This document shows, one piece after another, positions 16,577 to 20,245 of a stretch of 20,245 nucleotides of DNA. Source of the stretch: Candidatus Asgardarchaeum abyssi (GTDB taxonomy: Archaea; Asgardarchaeota; Asgardarchaeia; Asgardarchaeales; Asgardarchaeaceae); the NCBI GenBank assembly GCA_040225955.1, contig JBECUL010000040.1, positions 1 through 20,245 of the forward strand. Direction: 5' to 3'. The translations under genes and the position numbers were made by a program. The number at the start of each line of letters is the position of its first letter. Position 1 is the stretch's first letter. Under the pieces are notes generated by a model. That model saw only the letters and a list, made by a program, of their open reading frames with translations. It made no database searches and was not told where the DNA came from.

Positions 16577-16670
16577 TAACATAACTAATAAAAGACTATT
16601 TGATTTTCAATATATATCTTATTATTTATTTCAGTAAATAAAAACTAAAGCCATGTTTTTATTTAAAATG

Positions 16671-16982
16671 TCATACTCTACGAGTTTTTATGTACTCCAT
16701 CAAAATTTTAAAAATTTTTTCATCAAAAAATTGAATGATCTCCGCAAAGATGTAAGGTCTATTTTCCTCATCAATTTTAATTTCGCCAAAAATTCTTACA
16801 TATTTTTCTTCTCTTTCAATATCCTTTTTCATATTTATATTTGATATATCGACTCTCATTACTCCACTTCCATCATCAACTAATAGTATATTTTTTGTTT
16901 TACTTATTATTTGCCCAATTATTCTAACATAACCATTTGAACCTGTCAACTCCTTTATTCTTTTAAACTTATGAAACTTCAT
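16671..16982 (-). CDS. Small OB-fold protein, RPA14/RPA3-like ssDNA-binding subunit
   Basis: VRIIGQII......LLVDDGSG.M.V.....YVRIFG.I.......IFAEIIQ.F plus a C-terminal helix, the pattern of euryarchaeal RPA14. Start overlaps or abuts the carS stop. Confidence 0.65.
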   Translation of the reverse strand: MKFHKFKRIKELTGSNGYVRIIGQIISKTKNILLVDDGSGVMRVDISNINMKKDIEREEKYVRIFGEIKIDEENRPYIFAEIIQFFDEKIFKILMEYIKTRRV

Positions 16983-16987
16983 AGTGG

Positions 16988-17677
16988 TCACCAGGGCTCT
17001 TTCTTTATACCAGCAAGGTATCCTATTATGTTTCCTATTGCGTGTGCGGCTGGTGTAATAAAAATTATTGTTAATATTATCAACAAATCAGGCATAATAA
17101 TGAAATAACTAAAGATCAAAGCTCCAATAATGAAATCTATTTGGTCTAAGAGTGGAAAGAAAGCTCCTCTTTTTAATCCCAACCTTCTCTTTATAAAAGA
17201 GCCTACTAAATCTCCAACCAAGGCTCCAAAACCAATAATAAAAGCAGAAATGTAATTAACGCGTCTTGAAAAAGCAATTAAACTACAAATCCTATCAAAT
17301 TCTCTTACATTATATGATAATAGTATCTGATAAATTACATTGTAATTAATAAAGTAATATATTATACCCCCTAATAGAGCACTCATTAAAATCCCTCCTA
17401 TGAATCCTGAATATGTTTTACCTCTACCAAAAATAGGTTTTTTATCTAAAAAGAGTTTATTAAAATCAATAGGAGGGCCTCCTACTGTTTTTCCGAATAT
17501 CACTGCAAACCCATTTGCTATGTAAGCTGGTGATATAAAATAAAGTCCCAACAAAAAAGAACTTATTATAACTTCTTCTTTGATTTCTAAAATGAATATT
17601 TCGTATAGTACAAAGGAAATAGCTAATGAGATTGTAATTATCAAATTACATAGTCCAATTTTAATGTTTTTTTTCAT
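16988..17677 (-). CDS. carS: CDP-archaeol synthase (DUF46)
   Basis: PAYIANG.AV.FG....PIDF.K.F.D.K.IFG.GKT..GF.GG, GAL.GDL.GSFIKRRLGLKRG...PLLDQ.DF, H...N.IGY..GIKKEPW. Confidence 0.95.
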   Translation of the reverse strand: MKKNIKIGLCNLIITISLAISFVLYEIFILEIKEEVIISSFLLGLYFISPAYIANGFAVIFGKTVGGPPIDFNKLFLDKKPIFGRGKTYSGFIGGILMSALLGGIIYYFINYNVIYQILLSYNVREFDRICSLIAFSRRVNYISAFIIGFGALVGDLVGSFIKRRLGLKRGAFFPLLDQIDFIIGALIFSYFIIMPDLLIILTIIFITPAAHAIGNIIGYLAGIKKEPW

Positions 17678-17782
17678 AACCACCACAACTTTTTAATTCG
17701 AATATGTATTTCTTAATTTACAAATCAATTGTATAATAAATTATCAAAAATACTTAAATATGGTTCTATGGTAGTGATCGGA

Positions 17783-18118
17783 ATGAAATTCTGCCCAAAG
17801 TGTGGCGGTTTGATGTATCCAAAAAAGGTAAATGATGAAATAATGTATGTCTGTAATATTTGTAAATATTCTGAAAAGGCAGAAAATCTTAATACAAAGA
17901 TATTTATTTCTCAGAAAATAAAACATTCACCTAAAGAAGAAATTATAGTTTTAGATTCAGATAATATACAGGCGCTTCCCTCGGATGATAATGTTATATG
18001 TCCAAAGTGTGGATCGAAAGGTGCTTATTTTTGGCAGATGCAGACTCGTTCAGCGGATGAGCCAACTACGATTTTTTATAAGTGCAAGAAATGTGGACAT
18101 GTCTGGCGAGAATATTAG
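17783..18118 (+). CDS. tfs: Transcription elongation/cleavage factor TFS (RpoM-like)
   Basis: MKFCPKCG.LM.P...C..C Zn ribbon; CPKCG...AYFWQMQTRSADEP.T.FYKC.KCGHVWREY with intact catalytic DE. The real start is the ATG at 17783. Confidence 0.96.
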   Translation: MKFCPKCGGLMYPKKVNDEIMYVCNICKYSEKAENLNTKIFISQKIKHSPKEEIIVLDSDNIQALPSDDNVICPKCGSKGAYFWQMQTRSADEPTTIFYKCKKCGHVWREY

Positions 18119-18155
18119 TTCTCTTTTTAATAATTTTTTCATGATAATTAGATTT

Positions 18156-18563
18156 TTATTGTTTCTCATGAGAATGTCCTATTAGGAAATTTACAAGTGC
18201 TGCTATAGCTTTAGCTAGTTCGTAATCCGATGATAACGTATTATTATATAAAAAATTTGATGGCAGTGATCTAGTCAGATATTCTATACACTCATCAATA
18301 TTTAATTCCTTCCTTACCCAAAGTATTCCGAACAAAGCTTCTATGATATCACTTTTTTTACACTTTGGAAAATAATATCTTGCCATTTTATTTAGCAAAG
18401 ATAAATCTAAAGCTGTATTTAATACTCTGTTGCTAACTTTAAATCCAATGGGTTTCTTAAGTTTGTTTGAGAGGCTTGCACTACATATAAAATTAATAAT
18501 ACTATCTCCGAGTTTTGCATAATTTTGACATTCATTTCGAAGAAGTATTTCTATTTCCTTCAA
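18156..18563 (-). CDS. Archaeal RNase III-like domain protein
   Basis: AKLGDSIINF..S.SLS.....PIG.KV.N..L..AL and DIIEAL.G..W resemble RNase III signature motifs in a stand-alone domain; located after rpoL. Confidence 0.75.
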   Translation of the reverse strand: MKEIEILLRNECQNYAKLGDSIINFICSASLSNKLKKPIGFKVSNRVLNTALDLSLLNKMARYYFPKCKKSDIIEALFGILWVRKELNIDECIEYLTRSLPSNFLYNNTLSSDYELAKAIAALVNFLIGHSHEKQ

Positions 18564-18566
18564 TTT

Positions 18567-18857
18567 TCATCCCATAAGCTCTGCTAATGCTGCTCTATAT
18601 TTCTCTTGAAATTCTTTATATGTTGCGATTACCTCTTGTAATGCTTTTATAATTGCATCTCTAGCAGATATTTTACTATTAGTTATTACTTTAAATATTG
18701 GTCTTGGTACAAGAGGATGTGTCATCGTATAACCAGCAAATTTAACATCAGGTAGATCATTTAGTTTCTTGTTAATAACATTTGCTAGAGTGTGTGTTAA
18801 ATCTTGAATTTCTATTTCTATTTCGTTTTTCGTTTCTTTTAATATTTTCAATTTCAA
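18567..18857 (-). CDS. rpoL: DNA-directed RNA polymerase subunit Rpo11 (L)
   Basis: MKLKIL.....IEIEI....HTL.N.I...L.....VKFAGY...HPL...P; TTG start after GAGGTG. Confidence 0.95.
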   Translation of the reverse strand: MKLKILKETKNEIEIEIQDLTHTLANVINKKLNDLPDVKFAGYTMTHPLVPRPIFKVITNSKISARDAIIKALQEVIATYKEFQEKYRAALAELMG

Positions 18858-18873
18858 ATAACTACACCTCTAT

Positions 18874-19464
18874 TCAGTGTGTTAAATTTATATAATCAGA
18901 TGATAAATATCGTTTTTCTATATTTCCGCAATTTGGACATTTTAAAGTTTTATTACTTCTAATCAGTTGATGACCACATTTCGTGCAAAAAGCTAAGATA
19001 ACCCCAAGCCCCTTTCCATTAGTAGTTAATATAACTGGAATGATACTTTTTACAACGAGAGCTTTAACTATATCCCCTGGAGTAAATGCGTCTTTTGCAC
19101 TTCTTATAAAATTTCTTGAAATTTTATGAACAAAAATAACTCCTGTAACTGGTGTGCTTATATATTGATCTCTTATCTTATATATACTAGAAAACACCAT
19201 TTTATCCTTTACATCATCCACCTTCGCAAATACGATGTCTCCTTTTTTAGGCTTAAGAATACGATTTACGGCTGGAAAAACTTTTACTTCATGAGTTTTT
19301 TTATCTATTAAAACAAATCCTGCTTCTTGTGAGTAAATAATTCCATTTTCTTCGTAAGTGCCTCTTCCTGGAATATACTCTTCTATGACCCCCAGTTTTT
19401 GCCCTGGTATAACAAAGGAACCGGTCTCTATTTTATCGTTAATATCTTGTTTCAAAACGATCAC
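18874..19464 (-). CDS. csl4: Exosome RNA-binding subunit Csl4
   Basis: V.PGQ.LGVIEEY.PG.GTYE..G.IY, S1 domain (P..GDIV...V; F.PGDIVKA.V), LGVI.A.C.KCG..L.....LKCPNCG..E.R. The start may be the TTG at 19455. Confidence 0.95.
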   Translation of the reverse strand: MIVLKQDINDKIETGSFVIPGQKLGVIEEYIPGRGTYEENGIIYSQEAGFVLIDKKTHEVKVFPAVNRILKPKKGDIVFAKVDDVKDKMVFSSIYKIRDQYISTPVTGVIFVHKISRNFIRSAKDAFTPGDIVKALVVKSIIPVILTTNGKGLGVILAFCTKCGHQLIRSNKTLKCPNCGNIEKRYLSSDYINLTH

Positions 19465-19465
19465 C

Positions 19466-20083
19466 TCATAATATTCTATATAGATCTACTAGGAAGCGAT
19501 ATTTTGTTTTTCTATGGTGCTCAAACATATGTGGTATTTCGAATACAAATTTTAAAATAACATCAACATTTCTTCCTTTACTTTTTACAAATGATGTAAT
19601 AAATCTTCTTATTTCTTCCCCACTTTTATGCAAAGAGTATATGATATCTCCTATTTGCATTGCCTTTTCAAGGAATATGATATCACTGTGCCTTTTCTTT
19701 GTTCCAAAGGGGGGGTTCATAATAACTACATCACATGTTAGTTCTTCTAATTTTCTAACATCTGATCTTATAAAGATTATATTTTTTACTCCTATTTTTT
19801 TAGCGTTTTCTTTAGCGAGTTGAATGGCATCGTTATCTATGTCAACAGCGTATACAACTTTTGCGCCTAACAATGCTGCACCTATAGCAAATCTTCCACT
19901 TCCACAACCTAAATCACAAATTATTTTATCTTTTATGTCATCGTATGTAAAATTTACTATATGTAGTATCGTAGCCGCTAACTCGCTAGGAATCGTATAC
20001 TGTTCTAATGATATCTTGGGCTTTTTAAGCGGCTGTACTTTCTCTAATATGATGGCTAATTCTTTCCTTGTTAATAAAACCAT
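19466..20083 (-). CDS. METTL5-family N6-adenine RNA methyltransferase
   Basis: P...LEQY..P.ELAA, DLGCGSG..AIGA.LLGA, VDID, D.VIMNPPFG....H.D..FL.KA, IYSLH, IP.MF.HH.K. Confidence 0.9.
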   Translation of the reverse strand: MVLLTRKELAIILEKVQPLKKPKISLEQYTIPSELAATILHIVNFTYDDIKDKIICDLGCGSGRFAIGAALLGAKVVYAVDIDNDAIQLAKENAKKIGVKNIIFIRSDVRKLEELTCDVVIMNPPFGTKKRHSDIIFLEKAMQIGDIIYSLHKSGEEIRRFITSFVKSKGRNVDVILKFVFEIPHMFEHHRKTKYRFLVDLYRIL

Positions 20084-20166
20084 AATAATCACTATTTTCG
20101 ATCTTTTAATAAATATATTTAAATTAAATTGTTCACTCTGTTTTTCTGATGATGTAGGTGATTAAT

Positions 20167-20245
20167 ATGACCAATGAAGATATGTTTGCTATAGAACGTA
20201 TTGTTGCAAGAGAAATTTTAGATTCCCGTGGAAATCCAACAATCG
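20167..20245 (+). CDS. eno: Enolase, N-terminal fragment (runs off the window)
   Basis: MTNEDMFAIERIVAREILDSRGNPTI contains the enolase signature; AGGTGA SD at 20156-20161. Confidence 0.93.
   Translation, partial: MTNEDMFAIERIVAREILDSRGNPTI

Noticed and set aside
17729-17782. N-terminal extension of TFS shown in the ORF track
   Set aside because: It results from an upstream TTG; the family consensus begins at MKFCPKCG (17783).
1-20245. CRISPR array, transposase, integrase or defence genes
   Set aside because: No regularly spaced repeats were seen, and every long ORF is assignable to a housekeeping family.

Overview
AT-rich archaeal chromosome segment (TACK/Asgard-like on the basis of gene content and motifs; the lineage cannot be fixed from this window) made almost entirely of information-processing housekeeping genes. 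Plus-strand block: tfe, DUF2110, pus10, rpl21e, rpo4(F), DUF655, ksgA, hemK-like. It is followed by DUF2070 (-), ZPR1 (+), a very STT3-like aglB (+) and a nop10 missed by the ORF track (+). Minus-strand block, in transcription order: METTL5-like, csl4, rpo11(L), RNase III-like, [tfs on +], carS, RPA14-like OB-fold, pcna, priL, priS, gins51, rpl44e, rps27e, aIF2-alpha. The window ends in the start of enolase and begins with the probable 5' end of a GC-rich stable RNA (RNase P RNA-like). Features that are not routine: (1) two related miniature inverted-repeat elements (8497-8595 and 12584-12717) with GGTAAC...GTTACC ends, 7-bp target-site duplications and unrelated interiors, each with a short ORF that reads out through the same TIR as HLFS[N/D]VT; (2) priL is interrupted by an in-frame TAA, a TGA and a 15-nt homopolymer inside an otherwise conserved Fe-S domain; (3) nop10 and tfs are each flipped relative to their usual operon orientation.
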